DNA of 32,000 nt from Ignicoccus hospitalis KIN4/I (lineage in GTDB: Archaea; Thermoproteota; Thermoprotei_A; Sulfolobales; Ignicoccaceae): assembly GCF_000017945.1 (NCBI RefSeq), contig NC_009776.1, positions 1,170,001 through 1,202,000 on the forward strand. Direction: 5' to 3'. Shown here piece after piece: positions 31,569-32,000 of this stretch. How positions within the stretch are numbered: position 1 is the stretch's first letter; every line of letters begins with the position of its first letter. A model generated the notes under the pieces. That model was not told the origin of the DNA and did not search any database. It was given only the letters and a program-made list of their open reading frames with translations. The position numbers and the translations under genes are program-made.

Positions 31569-32000
31569 TTACGTGCCTATTCTTATACGCTGTTTCTTGA
31601 CGAGTTCCTTGAGGGTCTCTATAAGGGATAGTGCGGCCAACAAGCTGGTTTTGGGATTGTCCGGGCTGGGTACGTTTGTTACTTTGACGTAAAGCTCCCC
31701 AGCCTTTGACTTTACCCTTATCTCGTGGACGTTCTTATCTACTGAGGGGTCGGCGACCACCTTCACGGTGGCTTCCTTCCCCGCGGCGAGTGAGACTGTT
31801 GCGACTACGTTCACGTTGGTGGGGAACCTCTTTACAGCCTCGCTGGCCGGCCCCTCGAATAGGACCGTCTTCTCCTCGACGTTTACGCCCAACGCTTTAG
31901 GGTTTTTAGTAGTTATAACTTGAACCTCCTCTATCCCGGCGTTCTTTAACGCCTTTATCGCGTCTATTCCGGCAACCGCCCCGCTGGGAACGACTATTGA
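31569..32000 (-). CDS. nadX: L-aspartate dehydrogenase, C-terminal part (gene continues beyond the right window edge)
   Basis: The frame stays open from 31892 to nt 32000, reading ...SIVVPSGAVAGIDAIKALKNAGIEEVQVITTKNPKALGVNVEEK.... The blocks FPTNVNVVATVSLA, VVADPSVDKNVHEI and PDNPKTSLLAALS match the NadX family. Confidence 0.8.
   Translation of the reverse strand, partial: SIVVPSGAVAGIDAIKALKNAGIEEVQVITTKNPKALGVNVEEKTVLFEGPASEAVKRFPTNVNVVATVSLAAGKEATVKVVADPSVDKNVHEIRVKSKAGELYVKVTNVPSPDNPKTSLLAALSLIETLKELVKKQRIRIGT

Noticed and set aside
1-32000. Integrase, transposase or IS elements, prophage genes, or toxin-antitoxin pairs that would mark a mobile island near the tRNA genes
   Set aside because: No ORF in the window shows integrase (R..H.R.Y), DDE transposase, or familiar TA (VapC PIN, RelE, HEPN/MNT) motifs. 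The only hints of past integration are short repeats near the tRNAs, which are reported separately at low interest.

Overview
This is a gene-dense archaeal chromosomal segment. Coding regions are GC-rich, intergenic promoter regions are short and AT-rich, and many neighbouring genes overlap. Archaeal, probably crenarchaeal and hyperthermophilic, markers are aRF1, archaeal-type riboflavin synthase RibC, ribosomal protein L2, an aKMT-like lysine methyltransferase, an intron-containing tRNA, and BRE/TATA-like boxes about 30 nt upstream of genes. The neelaredoxin-type superoxide reductase reads E23-T24-H25-T26-P27. From memory, that matches the lysine-less SOR described for Ignicoccus hospitalis, so I suspect Ignicoccus or Desulfurococcales; I cannot verify this here. 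I call about 40 CDS and 3 tRNAs. The CDS include: CstA; an ArsA/Get3-like ATPase cassette; TrpC; a split Opp/Dpp ABC system (F separate from BCD); a NOP2/Sun m5C methyltransferase; HisC; RibC; a THUMP+SPOUT-like protein; a Mo/W-type ABC transporter next to a Tfx-family regulator; an SNase fused to a lamin-tail-like domain; aRF1; GuaA subunit A; L2; an Lhr-type helicase; SOR; and partial aspartate dehydrogenase. The tRNAs are Val-GAC, Phe-GAA and Val-UAC with a 16-nt intron. The least explained part is a roughly 1.2-kb non-coding gap (9619-10814) beside the tRNA-Phe/tRNA-Val pair. It holds an AT-rich leader-like stretch followed by a repeat-spacer-repeat unit whose repeat ends in ATAGAAAG, which looks like a crenarchaeal CRISPR repeat. 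No cas genes are present in the window. Other items worth follow-up: a perfect 13-bp inverted repeat linking the inter-tRNA spacer to the tRNA-Phe anticodon arm; a three-gene family of Cys-rich, C-terminally anchored surface proteins at the left edge; a translationally coupled three-gene ArsA/Get3-like cassette; and an aRF1 whose stop-codon-recognition motifs are non-canonical (NVKL instead of NIKS). All product calls rest on motif recognition from memory. No database search was possible.
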